Source of the DNA: Candidatus Latescibacterota bacterium
GTDB taxonomy: Bacteria; Latescibacterota; UBA2968; UBA8231
Length of the DNA stretch: 64,000 bases
Direction: 5' to 3'
Assembly (NCBI GenBank): GCA_965217585.1
Contig: OZ244561.1
Span: 6,304,001 to 6,368,000, forward strand
This document shows, piece by piece, positions 18,200-28,245 of the stretch. The first letter of the stretch is position 1. The number at the start of each line of letters is the position of its first letter. A program made the translations under genes and the position numbers. The notes under the pieces were generated by a model. The model saw only the letters and a program-made list of their open reading frames with translations, searched no databases and was not told the origin of the DNA.

Positions 18200-19066
18200 A
18201 TGACCATGAAAATCGGCACCCGCATGCCCCCGTTTTCCCACCAGATCGGCTTTGACGCCTATGCCGCGTGGTTGGCCGAGAACGGTTTTGGCGCGGTCGA
18301 TACCCCGCCTTTGACCCGTCCAATCGCCCGCACCTGCGAGCAACTAGGCTTGACCCTCGGCACCTCGGACGGTGGCGGCCAAGTCCTCACCCGCGACGCG
18401 GCCAAGCGCCGCAAGGGTTTAAGCGAGATCAAGAAGAGCTTGAGCGCGACCGCCCGGCACGGCGGCCACACGCTCTTTACCGTGCTCGGCCCGGACGACC
18501 CCAGCATGTCCAAAGCCGAGACCTTTGAGATCTTTGCCAAGGTCTACCCCCGGGTCGTGGCCCACGCCGAGAAGGTGGGCGTCAATATCGCCATCGAACC
18601 GTGGCCGGGCGGCCGGCCACACTACGCCAATCTGGGCTGCTCGCCCGAGAGCCTGCGCTTGATTTTTGCGGCGTGCCCATCGCCACGGCTGGGCATTTGC
18701 TACGATCCGTCTCACTTCGTGCGCTTGCAGATCGACTATCAGCGGCTCTTGCACGAATTTGGCGACCGCGTGCGGCACGTCCATCTCAAGGACACCGAGA
18801 TCATGCCGGAAAGGCTCTACGAATCCGGCAACCTAGGAGAGGCATACAGCTCGACCTACGTGTGTGGCGAGGGTTGGTGGCGCTATACCATCCCCGGGGA
18901 GGGCGAGGTGGATTGGAACTTTGTGGTGCGCCGGCTCGAAGACGTGGGCTACGACGGCGTGCTCTCAGTGGAACTCGAAGACCACTACTTCTGGCAGACG
19001 CCTGAGCTGCAACAGGAGGGCTTGTTGCGCGCCAAAGACCATATTGAGCCGCTGCTCAGGGGATAA
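18200..19066 (+). CDS. Sugar phosphate isomerase/epimerase (xylose isomerase-like TIM barrel)
   Basis: IAIEPW, YDPSH, HVHLKD, PGEGEVDW, LSVELED. Confidence 0.88.
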   Translation: MTMKIGTRMPPFSHQIGFDAYAAWLAENGFGAVDTPPLTRPIARTCEQLGLTLGTSDGGGQVLTRDAAKRRKGLSEIKKSLSATARHGGHTLFTVLGPDDPSMSKAETFEIFAKVYPRVVAHAEKVGVNIAIEPWPGGRPHYANLGCSPESLRLIFAACPSPRLGICYDPSHFVRLQIDYQRLLHEFGDRVRHVHLKDTEIMPERLYESGNLGEAYSSTYVCGEGWWRYTIPGEGEVDWNFVVRRLEDVGYDGVLSVELEDHYFWQTPELQQEGLLRAKDHIEPLLRG

Positions 19067-19069
19067 GCA

Positions 19070-20674
19070 GTGGGTGCCCTGCTTCTGGTGCTCCTGCTGT
19101 CGGCAGCCAGCTATGGACAGAGCCACTTCGTCGAGGTAGCGCGCGAATTAGGGATCGACTTCGTCCACCACAATGGGGCCTCTGCCGAGAAAAATTTGCC
19201 TGAAACCAATGGCGCTGGCAGTGCTTTTCTCGACTACGACGATGACGGAGATTGGGATTTGTACTTGGTCAACAGCGGGGACATGGAGCAGGGGCGGGGC
19301 ACAGCCTCTAACCAGCTCTTTCGCAACGACGGGAACGCCTTTGTCCGAGTGGACGGCGCAGCGGGCGCATCCGGTGCCTCCTATGGCATGGGGGTGACCG
19401 CGGCCGACTACGATGGCGACGGCGGCCCAGATCTCTACCTGACGGCGTGGGGGCCGGACCAGTTCTACCGGCGCGAAAGGGGTGGCTATGTCGATGCGAC
19501 GGACGCGACCGGTCTCGGTCACGCGGGATGGACCACCAGCGCCGTTGCGTTCGACTACGATCTCGACGGCGACCTCGATCTCTTCGCCGCGCAATACGTC
19601 CGCTTTGCCTTGGGTGAACAGCCTTGGTGCGGACGCGCAGACATGGGGCTGCGCTTCTACTGCGATCCGAGGGTCTTTGCGTCCACTGCGGACATCCTCT
19701 ATCGCAATGAGGGCCACGGCGTCTTTTCCGAGGTTGGCCGCCAAGCGGGTATCGAGCGCGAGGGCAATGGGTTGGGCGCAGTGGCTGGCGACTTCGATGG
19801 GGACGGCGACCCAGATCTGTACGTGGCCAACGACTTAACGCCCAATTTCCACTACGTCAACCAAGGCGACGGCACTTTTGCCGAGACCGGCTTGCTGGCC
19901 GGGACCGCGCTAAGCGCAGACGGGGCTAGCCAAGCGGGCATGGGCGTCGATGCCGGCGACATAGACCAAGACGGCGACCTCGACCTCTTCGTCACCAATT
20001 ACCAGTTGGAAAACAACGGGCTGTATCGCAACGACGGCTCGTTTTACTCAGAGATTAGCTTCAAGGCCGGCCTCGGCGACCTCAGCCTGAACCACCTTGG
20101 TTTTGGCACGGGTTTCTTCGACTCCGACAACGACGGGTACCTCGACCTGTTCGTGGGCAATGGCCACGTCCACGACAACATTGAATCGTACGATGAATTG
20201 GTGACCTACGCGCAGCGGGCACAGCTATTTCGCAATGGGGGGGCGGGCGTCTTCCGCGAAGTGACCGCTGAGAGCGGCCCGGCTTTCGCAGCCGCCTACG
20301 TGGTGCGTGGCTCCTCCTTTGGGGACATTGACCAAGATGGCGACTTGGACATTGCCCTCGTCAACAACGGCCGCCGCTTTGCCCTGCTGCGCAACGACGG
20401 TGTTGGGGGCAACTACCTCGCGGTCTCGCTGGAAGGCCGGCAGAGCAATCGCGACGGCATCGGCACCCGCCTGTACCTATGGGCCGGCGGACGTCGGCAG
20501 TTCAGGGAAGTAAAGGCGGGATCGGGTTTCCTCTCGACCAGTCAGCGCGACCCCGTGTTCGGATTGGGAACGGCCGAGCGCATCGAGCGACTGGAAATTC
20601 ACTGGCCGGCCGGGGGGGTACAAGTGCTCGAAGACCTAGCAGCGAACCAGCGGTTGCACGTAGTGGAAAATTGA
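19070..20674 (+). CDS. CRTAC1/ASPIC-UnbV protein with FG-GAP repeats
   Basis: Repeated DYDxDGDxDL motifs; C-terminal NRDGIG...VFGLG...IHWP UnbV domain; signal peptide. Confidence 0.9.
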   Translation: MGALLLVLLLSAASYGQSHFVEVARELGIDFVHHNGASAEKNLPETNGAGSAFLDYDDDGDWDLYLVNSGDMEQGRGTASNQLFRNDGNAFVRVDGAAGASGASYGMGVTAADYDGDGGPDLYLTAWGPDQFYRRERGGYVDATDATGLGHAGWTTSAVAFDYDLDGDLDLFAAQYVRFALGEQPWCGRADMGLRFYCDPRVFASTADILYRNEGHGVFSEVGRQAGIEREGNGLGAVAGDFDGDGDPDLYVANDLTPNFHYVNQGDGTFAETGLLAGTALSADGASQAGMGVDAGDIDQDGDLDLFVTNYQLENNGLYRNDGSFYSEISFKAGLGDLSLNHLGFGTGFFDSDNDGYLDLFVGNGHVHDNIESYDELVTYAQRAQLFRNGGAGVFREVTAESGPAFAAAYVVRGSSFGDIDQDGDLDIALVNNGRRFALLRNDGVGGNYLAVSLEGRQSNRDGIGTRLYLWAGGRRQFREVKAGSGFLSTSQRDPVFGLGTAERIERLEIHWPAGGVQVLEDLAANQRLHVVEN

Positions 20675-20740
20675 CGATCACCGTGCTCCCGTCTATTATT
20701 CAGCCGAATTCAGCCGACCAATCAAAGAGGAGCGAGCGAT

Positions 20741-21727
20741 ATGACCGGATTTGCTGTTGTAGGGTTGGGCATGGGGCGCAATCGCGCCCGGCAAGTGGCC
20801 GAGACCGCAGGGGCCGAGTTGTGTGTGGTCGTCGATCTCAACGAGGACTTGGCTCGCCAAGTAGGCGAGGAAATGGGTTGCTCGTGGTGTACGGCCCTCG
20901 AAGACGCCTTGGGGCGGGGCGATGTGGATGTCGTGCTGGTGATGACCCCGAGCGGGCTGCACGCGTCCATAGGCGTCGAGGCGCTCAGAGCCGGCAAGCA
21001 CGTAATCACCACCAAGCCGATGGACGTCAGCACGAAAGCTTGCGACGAGCTGATCGCCGCGGCTGACGAGGGCGGCCTCTTGCTCGGCGTCGATTACCAA
21101 AGCCGCTACGTTGACAACAACTACCGCGTCGCCGCGGCCCTCAAGCAGGGCCTGTTGGGCAAGCCCATCCTCGGCGAGGTGCGCTTTAAGTGGTTTCGTT
21201 CACAGGAGTACTTTGAACACGGCGGCGGCTGGCGCGGCACTTGGGCGATGGACGGGGGAGGGTCGCTGGCCAACCAGGGGTCGCACCTGATCGATCTCCT
21301 ACTGTGGTTCATGGGCGTGCCCAAAACCGTCTATGGCGAGACGGCGATCATGAACCACGACATTGAGACTGAGGATATTGGCCAGGCCATTTTGAATTTC
21401 GAGAGCGGTGCCAAGGGGGGCATCTTGGGCACGACGACCTTCCCGGCAAGCCCCTACTTTAGCGCAGAGGTCCACGGCAGCGCAGGAGGGGTGTTGCTGG
21501 ATGCCGCGCTGTCGGGCGAGATGCGCGTCTTTGGCGACGGCTTGGAGGAGAAGCTGCACGCCATAGACAACCCGCTGGCCAATGTCGTCGAGGACGTGGT
21601 CTCGGCCCTAGAAAACGGAACCGACCTGCGGGTGGATGGCCGCGAGGGCCGCCACACAGTGGCGCTGTTGGAAAACATCTACCGCTCGGCGCGGGAGGGA
21701 AAGGTGCTGGATTACCATGACGGATAA
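20741..21727 (+). CDS. Gfo/Idh/MocA oxidoreductase
   Basis: VVGLGMG, TPSGLH, GKHVITTKPM, WRGTWAMDGGGSLANQGSHLID. Confidence 0.9.
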   Translation: MTGFAVVGLGMGRNRARQVAETAGAELCVVVDLNEDLARQVGEEMGCSWCTALEDALGRGDVDVVLVMTPSGLHASIGVEALRAGKHVITTKPMDVSTKACDELIAAADEGGLLLGVDYQSRYVDNNYRVAAALKQGLLGKPILGEVRFKWFRSQEYFEHGGGWRGTWAMDGGGSLANQGSHLIDLLLWFMGVPKTVYGETAIMNHDIETEDIGQAILNFESGAKGGILGTTTFPASPYFSAEVHGSAGGVLLDAALSGEMRVFGDGLEEKLHAIDNPLANVVEDVVSALENGTDLRVDGREGRHTVALLENIYRSAREGKVLDYHDG

Positions 21728-22754
21728 AGTGTACGCGGCCCTCGTCGGGTTGGACAATCCCCACAGTCGCGGATGGCTGACCTCGCTGCAGCACTGCGAG
21801 GCCGTGGGTCGGTTGGTCGTCTGCGCGACCGAAGAATGCACTGGCGTCGATCAGGTGTATGGCAGCCTAGACGCGCTGCTGGCGGACGAGAAGCTGGGAT
21901 TAGCGATAGTCTGTACGCGCAACGACCAAGCGCCAGACCTCATCGCGCAGCTTTTGCAGGCCGGCGTGCCGGTCATTGCCGAGAAACCGGTCGCACGCAC
22001 GGCCGCTGACATCGCCCGCCTCAACGAAATCGCTGCCGCGCAGCAGGTCTTGTGGGCGACGGCCTTTTTGAACCGCTGTCACCCGATTGCCGGCAAGATG
22101 CGTGAACTTGTCGCTGCCGGCGTCTTGGGCCGCATCGTCTCCATTGAGGGTCGGATGGTCACTAGCACCGTCCAGCAGCGCAACCCGGACCACTGGCTCT
22201 TTGACCGTGCACAGGCGGGCGGGGGGATTCTGCATTGGCTGGCGATCCATACGGTCGATTTGGTCCGCTATATCAGCGGCTTGGAGTACGAAAGCGTCAG
22301 CGCGTACAAGGCGACGCTGAGCGGTACCGGCATCGACGTCGAGGACGTGCTCGCCGCTTCGTTCCGCATGGACAACGGCGCGCTGGGGAGCCTTCACGCG
22401 GGCTATGTCCTGCCGCGCCGCTACGGCGATATCTACTTGTGTTTCAGGGGGACCGCAGGGGATGCGACTTGGGTGATGCAAGATTGGACCGGGCGGACCG
22501 GGCGCGGCGACCGGCTCATCGTCCAGAGCCAAGCCGAGGGCTGGGCCGAGGACGAGTACCGCCAATTCGACCTGTCCGTCGGCGCGGCCCCCGGGTACGG
22601 TGGGGCGGCCGGATTGGGTTTTATCGCCGACTTCGTCGCCGCCAGCCGTGGGCAGGGTACTTTTATCACCAATGGCGACGATGCCTGGCAGGCCATGCAC
22701 TTTGTCGAGGCGGCGTACGCTGCGGCTGAGCGAGGCTGCCAACTCGAACTGTAA
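21717..22754 (+). CDS. Gfo/Idh/MocA oxidoreductase
   Basis: VIAEKPVA, GGGILHWLAIHTVD. Confidence 0.87.
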   Translation: MTDKVYAALVGLDNPHSRGWLTSLQHCEAVGRLVVCATEECTGVDQVYGSLDALLADEKLGLAIVCTRNDQAPDLIAQLLQAGVPVIAEKPVARTAADIARLNEIAAAQQVLWATAFLNRCHPIAGKMRELVAAGVLGRIVSIEGRMVTSTVQQRNPDHWLFDRAQAGGGILHWLAIHTVDLVRYISGLEYESVSAYKATLSGTGIDVEDVLAASFRMDNGALGSLHAGYVLPRRYGDIYLCFRGTAGDATWVMQDWTGRTGRGDRLIVQSQAEGWAEDEYRQFDLSVGAAPGYGGAAGLGFIADFVAASRGQGTFITNGDDAWQAMHFVEAAYAAAERGCQLEL

Positions 22755-22796
22755 GAGTCAGATAGACGCACCAACCTAACTTCAGGAGGCAGACCT

Positions 22797-24068
22797 GTGA
22801 AAGTCGTAGATGTCGAGCGGATCGTAGTCGAGGTGCCCTTTACGCAACGCCAGCAAAAAATCACGGCCCGAGAAGTGTACAACTGGTGTATCCTAGAGCT
22901 GTGCCGCGTTACAACCGATAGCGGCCACGTGGGCTGGGGGGAGACGGTCATCCACTACACTTGGGCCAGGGTATCTGATGAGGCGGTCGAGCGGGTTGTG
23001 GGCCAAAGCCCGGCGGCCCTGATGCACGACGACTCCTTGGGGGCAGGGTTGCAGATGGCGCTTTTCGACGTAGTCGGCAAGGCCCTTGAAGTGCCCGTGT
23101 ACCAGCTTATGGGCAATAAGTGCCGCGATTGGGTGCCCTTGTCTTGGTGGTCCATCGATGCCTCGCCGCAGGATTGGGCTGCCGAGGCCAAAGATGCGGT
23201 GGAAGCCGGCTATACCAGCTTTAAGCTCAAACCGCGGCCTTGGTGGGACATAGTGGCCCAGATCGACACAATCTGCCAGGTCGTGCCTCCGCATTTCAAG
23301 TTGGACCTCGATCCCAATGCTACTTGGCAAAACGCCGCCACCGCGATCCCTATTATCAAAAGGCTCGAAGCCTACGACAACGTGGCCATCTACGAATCCC
23401 CCATTCCCCAGGACGACATACTCGGCAACCGGCAGATCCGCGCGACCAGCAACCGGCCCATTGCCATGCATTTTGGCTCGCCGCCGTACGTAACTCAGGT
23501 TAGGGAGGAGGTCTGCGACGGCTATGTGCTCTGCGCTGGCCAGTCGCAGCTCATGCGCCAAGCCGAGCTCAGTGCCGAGGCCGCCATGCCCTTCTGGCTG
23601 CAACTGGTCGGCAATGGTTTGACGACGACGTGGGCCGCGCATTTGGGGGCCGTGCTCACTCACGCCACTTGGCCGGCCATAACCTGCATCAATCTGTACA
23701 GCCACCAGCTTCTCAAAGAGGCAATCGACGTGGTTGGGGGGTATCACCGGGTGCCCGAGGGACCGGGTTTGGGCGTGGAAATCGACGAGCCGGCCATCGC
23801 CCGCTACCGGGTGCCGGAGGAGACGCTCAAGTCGCTGCAGGGCGCACCCTACACGCTGCCGGAGCCGAGGATCATCCGCTCGGTCGTCTATCCCGACGGC
23901 AGTTGCGTACATCTGGCCCATTCGGGCCAGGGCTACAGTTACTTCGGTGGCGGAAACGGCCCGGCCCAAGCCGAAGGCGTACGGCTCGAAACGTGGGCCG
24001 ACGATGGTTCCAAGGAGTGGCAGCAGCTATTTGCTCGGGCGCAGGAACATCCGGTGCGCGATCGCTAG
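22797..24068 (+). CDS. Mandelate racemase/muconate lactonizing enzyme family protein with C-terminal extension
   Basis: GWGE, MALFDVVGK, FKLK, LDLDPN, YESP, PEGPGLGVEID. Confidence 0.87.
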   Translation: MKVVDVERIVVEVPFTQRQQKITAREVYNWCILELCRVTTDSGHVGWGETVIHYTWARVSDEAVERVVGQSPAALMHDDSLGAGLQMALFDVVGKALEVPVYQLMGNKCRDWVPLSWWSIDASPQDWAAEAKDAVEAGYTSFKLKPRPWWDIVAQIDTICQVVPPHFKLDLDPNATWQNAATAIPIIKRLEAYDNVAIYESPIPQDDILGNRQIRATSNRPIAMHFGSPPYVTQVREEVCDGYVLCAGQSQLMRQAELSAEAAMPFWLQLVGNGLTTTWAAHLGAVLTHATWPAITCINLYSHQLLKEAIDVVGGYHRVPEGPGLGVEIDEPAIARYRVPEETLKSLQGAPYTLPEPRIIRSVVYPDGSCVHLAHSGQGYSYFGGGNGPAQAEGVRLETWADDGSKEWQQLFARAQEHPVRDR

Positions 24069-24121
24069 CAGCAGCGTTGATTTTCAATTCGTTTTGATTA
24101 TCACTTTCTATAGATAACATT

Positions 24122-25324
24122 ATGTGCGCCAAGAAAATAGCTGCTATCCAAACCTTTGAATTGTCGCCCCCGCCCCCGAGCGAGGAAGGCACCCGACCGC
24201 TGCGCGAGCAGGCGTGGCTTTGGGCACCTGAGCAGGCCACGCCGATGGATAAATTCGCGCCCGAGGAGCGGATCATGCCCAAGCCGGGTGGGGTGATTTG
24301 GGTCAAGGTCATCGCCGAGGACGGCACCTTTGGCTTGGGCCGTACGGATTCGGCCCATGCCACCCAGCCGATCATCGCCGAGTGCCTAGCCCCCCTAGTC
24401 GTCGGGCAGGAGGTGGGGGCCATTGATCGGTGCAATGATCGCATGTGGCGGGGGACGCTCTCCTTTGGCAACGAAGGGCTTACGGCGCGGGCGGTCGCCG
24501 GAGTCGATCTGGCGCTGTGGGATCTGTGGGGCAAAACCCTGGACCAGCCTGTCTATCGGCTGGCCGGAGGCCCGCAGCGCACCCAGATGGAAGTCTATGC
24601 CACCGGCAACGACGTCGATTGGTACTTGGAGTTGGGCTTCAAAAAGTTCAAGCTGGCCCGTCCGCACGGACCCGTTGATGGCCAAGCCGGAATCGACGGC
24701 ACGGTCGAACTGATAGCTAAGTGCCGCGAGTTAATCGGCCCAGACGCCGACTTGATGCTCGATTGCTGGATGACCTTTGACCTCGACTTTGCCGTGCGCC
24801 TCTGCGAGGCGCTCAAGCCGTATCGGATGCGCTGGATGGAGGAAATGCTGATGCCCCACGACTGGGAGGGGCACCGGGCCCTGCGCCAGCGCGTCCCTTG
24901 GCAGACGCTGGCCGACGGCGAGCACTGGTCCACTCGCCATCCAGGTATGAGGGCCGTTCAAGAGCGGCTCGTCGATTTGATCCAGGCCGATATCTACTGG
25001 ATAGGGGGCTTTACCGAGGCGATGAAGCTGGCCCACTACGCCGATTCGCAAGGCATCCAGATGTGCCTACACACTGGGGGCAACGACCCGTATGGCCAGC
25101 ATTGGACGGCGGCGATGCCCAATACCCCGCTGATCGAGTTTTTCATCGGCTCTCTGCCCGGGGTGCCGTTGGCTGAGTGCTATATCGGCACGCCTTCAAA
25201 GTGGGGGCAACGACACTACAAAGTTCCACCGGGGACCAACGTGCCACAAAACGGCCTGCTCGGTCTGCCCAAAGGCCCCGGCTTTGGGCTCGACATCCCC
25301 GAGGACTGGCTAAAGGAGGTGTAA
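24122..25324 (+). CDS. Enolase-superfamily acid-sugar dehydratase (L-rhamnonate dehydratase-like)
   Basis: DLALWDLWGK, YATGND, LMLDCWM, WMEE, DGEHWST, PGFG. Confidence 0.85.
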   Translation: MCAKKIAAIQTFELSPPPPSEEGTRPLREQAWLWAPEQATPMDKFAPEERIMPKPGGVIWVKVIAEDGTFGLGRTDSAHATQPIIAECLAPLVVGQEVGAIDRCNDRMWRGTLSFGNEGLTARAVAGVDLALWDLWGKTLDQPVYRLAGGPQRTQMEVYATGNDVDWYLELGFKKFKLARPHGPVDGQAGIDGTVELIAKCRELIGPDADLMLDCWMTFDLDFAVRLCEALKPYRMRWMEEMLMPHDWEGHRALRQRVPWQTLADGEHWSTRHPGMRAVQERLVDLIQADIYWIGGFTEAMKLAHYADSQGIQMCLHTGGNDPYGQHWTAAMPNTPLIEFFIGSLPGVPLAECYIGTPSKWGQRHYKVPPGTNVPQNGLLGLPKGPGFGLDIPEDWLKEV

Positions 25325-25326
25325 TC

Positions 25327-26337
25327 GTGAAAATCACCCAGATCGAAGAGTTTGTCACCGCGGTGCCGCATATCCCCGCAATTGAAAAGAGTCGTCCCGG
25401 CCATTACTTGGAACAGCCCATCAGCCTGATTAAGGTGCATACCGACGAGGGTATCTGCGGAGTGGGCGAAGGGGGGCGCGGCGGCTCATTGGCCAGCTTG
25501 GAGGCCGAGTGGGTCGGCGTTGATCCCATGCAGGTCAACTTGGGCGATAAAGGAGGGGCGATGATCATGGCCCTGTACGACATCGTCGGCAAGGCCCTCG
25601 GGGTGCCGGCCTGGAAGCTGATGGGGTCCAAGCATTGGGACCGGGTGCCGGTGGGCTGGTGGTCGCCGCCGCTGGAGCCGCGCGAATTCGCCGCCATGGC
25701 CGAGGAAGGGGCCAAGCGAGGGTTCAAGACCCACAAGCTCAAGGCGCGGCCTTGGAACATCGTCGAGACCGTCAAGCTGATGACTAAAGCCGCCGGCCCG
25801 GACTACGGCATTATCGTCGATCCGAATTTTGCCTTTGGCGATTTGAGCACCAGTCTGCGGCTGGCCGAGTCCCTGGAGCCGTATAACATCGAGGCATTTG
25901 AGGATCCCTTCCAGTACTTGCCGGGCTGGTATCAGTACCGCGATTTTCGCCGGCACACCCGCATCCGGCTCGCGCCCCATTTAGGCGATCCGCAGATGGT
26001 GCTGAGCGCGATCCGCGCCGAGGCGGCCGATTGCTTCAATCTGGGCGGCAACGTCGAGAGCGCCCAGATCTGCGCCGGAATGGCCGCGGCGGCCGGGATG
26101 CCGGTCTGGTTGCAGGTCGTGGGGTTGGGTCTAGGCGTGTCGGGTGCCTACGGCACGCACGTCCACGCGACCATTCCCAACGCGACCATCCCCTCCGACA
26201 GCCTGCACTTCACGCGCGAGAACGACCTAATCGGCGGTGCGTTGACGCCGGTCGATGGCTTCGTCACCGTGCCGGATGCACCCGGGCTGGGCGTTGAGTT
26301 GGATATGGAGGCCGTGGAGAAGTATCGCGTGGGGTAG
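25327..26337 (+). CDS. Mandelate racemase/muconate lactonizing enzyme family protein
   Basis: TDEGICGVGE, MALYDIVGK, HKLK, VDPN, FEDP, PDAPGLGVELD. Confidence 0.87.
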   Translation: MKITQIEEFVTAVPHIPAIEKSRPGHYLEQPISLIKVHTDEGICGVGEGGRGGSLASLEAEWVGVDPMQVNLGDKGGAMIMALYDIVGKALGVPAWKLMGSKHWDRVPVGWWSPPLEPREFAAMAEEGAKRGFKTHKLKARPWNIVETVKLMTKAAGPDYGIIVDPNFAFGDLSTSLRLAESLEPYNIEAFEDPFQYLPGWYQYRDFRRHTRIRLAPHLGDPQMVLSAIRAEAADCFNLGGNVESAQICAGMAAAAGMPVWLQVVGLGLGVSGAYGTHVHATIPNATIPSDSLHFTRENDLIGGALTPVDGFVTVPDAPGLGVELDMEAVEKYRVG

Positions 26338-26392
26338 CGGTCTTGCGATGGATACGCAAACCGCGTATTTTTAATTAGATACAGCCCTGATA

Positions 26393-26468
26393 GAGCCTAT
26401 AGCTCAGCTGGTAGAGCACCGGACTTTTAATCCGTAGGTCCTGGGTTCGACTCCCAGTGGGCTCACCA
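26393..26468 (+). tRNA. tRNA-Lys(TTT)
   Basis: GAGCCTATAGCTCAGCTGGTAGAGCACCGGACTTTTAATCCGTAGGTCCTGGGTTCGACTCCCAGTGGGCTCACCA. Confidence 0.97.
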
Positions 26469-26470
26469 AA

Positions 26471-26508
26471 AAAACGGGCACTTGCGACCCATCGCAGGTG
26501 CCCGTTTT
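26471..26508. terminator. Bidirectional intrinsic terminator
   Basis: AAAACGGGCACTTGCGA-loop-TCGCAGGTGCCCGTTTT. Confidence 0.8.
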
Positions 26509-26526
26509 GCTTGATTTTGCTTTTGT

Positions 26527-27327
26527 TTAAGTAAGCCGCACTACGTCCTCCTTGACGATCTCCTTGACATGGGTGTAGTGGGCCGGGGCCATCAGCTCTA
26601 TAGTCTGCGGTGACAAGCGGTCATAGAGGACTTCTGGGACCGCAGCTTGGCCCTTGAATTGGGGCCGGTAGCGCAACACCAAGGTGCGGCGCAGGCGATC
26701 TTTGGGCTTCCATTGTAAGGTCCCGTGGGCCAGCATTTCCGTCATTACCACGGCGTCTCCGGCCCGCGGCGTCACATTGACGACCCCAACAGGCAGGTCT
26801 TCCCGATGGGCGGTGACGCCGCCGTTGAACAGGCTGGGCGGCCGCGCAAACGCCGCCTTGTGCGAGCCTGGGACCACCAACAAGCCGCCGTCGCTTGGGA
26901 AGACGTCGTCGAAATAGGGGAAGATGACGAAATCGTCGCAGAAGATGCGGTCCTCGCGGGTGTCGTAGCGCGTGCTTTGCCAGCCAAAGTCCTCGCGGGC
27001 ACAATGCAGGCGCAGTGGCTCGTGCTGGTGGCTATCTACCAACAGGGTTCCCCGGCTAAAAGCGGGCCGGTCGTGGGTGAACTCTTTGATGAGGGGCCAC
27101 AGGATGGGGTGAAAGATCAGGGATTCGAGCGCCTTGTCGAAAGCAAAGCCGTTGGCGTAGGACTTGCCGTCGTCGGAGCGGGAAAAGCCCTCGGGTAGCT
27201 CGTCGTCGGGGGTGGCTGTATAGCGGTCCACAGCCGCTCGGGCGGCCGCTAGTTCGCTGTCGCTGAGCACATTGGGAAGGTGCAGATAGCCGTTGATGTC
27301 GAACAGATAGCGCTGTTCGGGGGTCAT
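26527..27327 (-). CDS. Phytanoyl-CoA dioxygenase (PhyH) family protein
   Basis: YLFDINGYLHLPNVLS, GGLLVVPGSHK, EMLAHGT. Confidence 0.85.
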   Translation of the reverse strand: MTPEQRYLFDINGYLHLPNVLSDSELAAARAAVDRYTATPDDELPEGFSRSDDGKSYANGFAFDKALESLIFHPILWPLIKEFTHDRPAFSRGTLLVDSHQHEPLRLHCAREDFGWQSTRYDTREDRIFCDDFVIFPYFDDVFPSDGGLLVVPGSHKAAFARPPSLFNGGVTAHREDLPVGVVNVTPRAGDAVVMTEMLAHGTLQWKPKDRLRRTLVLRYRPQFKGQAAVPEVLYDRLSPQTIELMAPAHYTHVKEIVKEDVVRLT

Positions 27328-28155
27328 TTACGCATCCGCTTCCATCGGCAACATGGTCTCCAGGGTAAAAGCCGCCGCGTGTTTGTGCCCACCGCCGCCG
27401 TAATCGCGCGCTATGCGGCCCACATCCGCGGCCGCGTCCCCCTTGGAGCGCAGATTGTACACGACCCTGCTGTCGGGGCGGATAAAGAACACGGCGGAAA
27501 AGGGATGGCCATCGGCGAGGGCATTGCCGATTTCAGAGGTCAGAAACGTGGCATTGGTAATGGGGACGCGAAACCCGCTGATGGTGGTCCAACCATGGTA
27601 GCGGACGCGCGGCCGGATGAGCCGGTGTTGGAAGCGGAGAATGGCTTGGCCTTCCACGGCGAGGGCTTGCGGCCCTTTTTCGGCGATTTCGTCCCACACC
27701 GCAAAGTCGCGCGGGTACGAGGCGAGGGCGGCGTTGACGGCCTTGGAATCGGGTAAGTCCCACCGCCATAGGTCTCGGTCTTCGGTATAGGCCACCAGCC
27801 AGGGGACGTCGTCGGCACTGACCTGAGAGCGGGGATCAAAAAAGTGTTCCCAAGTCATGCGCGCCCCGGACTTGTCCTCGGCGAATACGCAGTAGTCGAG
27901 CCCAGCTAAGGCCTGCGCGGCCGTTTCGTGATGGTCCAAAACCAAGAGCGAGCGGGCGTGGTCGTGCATTTCCATGAGCTGTCCCCGCTCGTAGCTGAAG
28001 TCGAGGATGACGACGTCGCGGTCGGCCGTAGCCGGCGGGTCGGTGTTGTATTGAACCGCCTTAAACTCGGTTTGCGGATTGACGTAGCGGCGATAGATCC
28101 ACGCGGCACAGAAGCCGTCGTTGCAGCCTCCGTGGAACAGGACCAGAGGTTTCAT
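27328..28155 (-). CDS. DHH/DHHA1 phosphoesterase
   Basis: FHGGCNDG, ILDFSY, LDHH, DRDLW, YNLRS, GGGGHKHAAAF. Confidence 0.9.
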   Translation of the reverse strand: MKPLVLFHGGCNDGFCAAWIYRRYVNPQTEFKAVQYNTDPPATADRDVVILDFSYERGQLMEMHDHARSLLVLDHHETAAQALAGLDYCVFAEDKSGARMTWEHFFDPRSQVSADDVPWLVAYTEDRDLWRWDLPDSKAVNAALASYPRDFAVWDEIAEKGPQALAVEGQAILRFQHRLIRPRVRYHGWTTISGFRVPITNATFLTSEIGNALADGHPFSAVFFIRPDSRVVYNLRSKGDAAADVGRIARDYGGGGHKHAAAFTLETMLPMEADA

Positions 28156-28245
28156 GAATTAGAGGCCCCTTCCTTGACAGGGATGAGAGGCGGGCGATAT
28201 GTTTTTCTCAATATATCGCGTCCCCTGTACATCGGAAAGGCCAAA

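Noticed and set aside
22893-23969. 358-aa antisense ORF, and similar long shadow ORFs such as 21900-22742, 39178-39936 and 61823-62551
   Set aside because: They lie opposite well-supported genes, have no recognisable motifs and are expected from high-GC codon bias.
26393-28155. Possible tRNA-anchored genomic island (also checked at tRNA-Tyr, -Arg and -Leu)
   Set aside because: No duplicated tRNA 3' ends or integrase were seen, and flanking genes have host-like composition.
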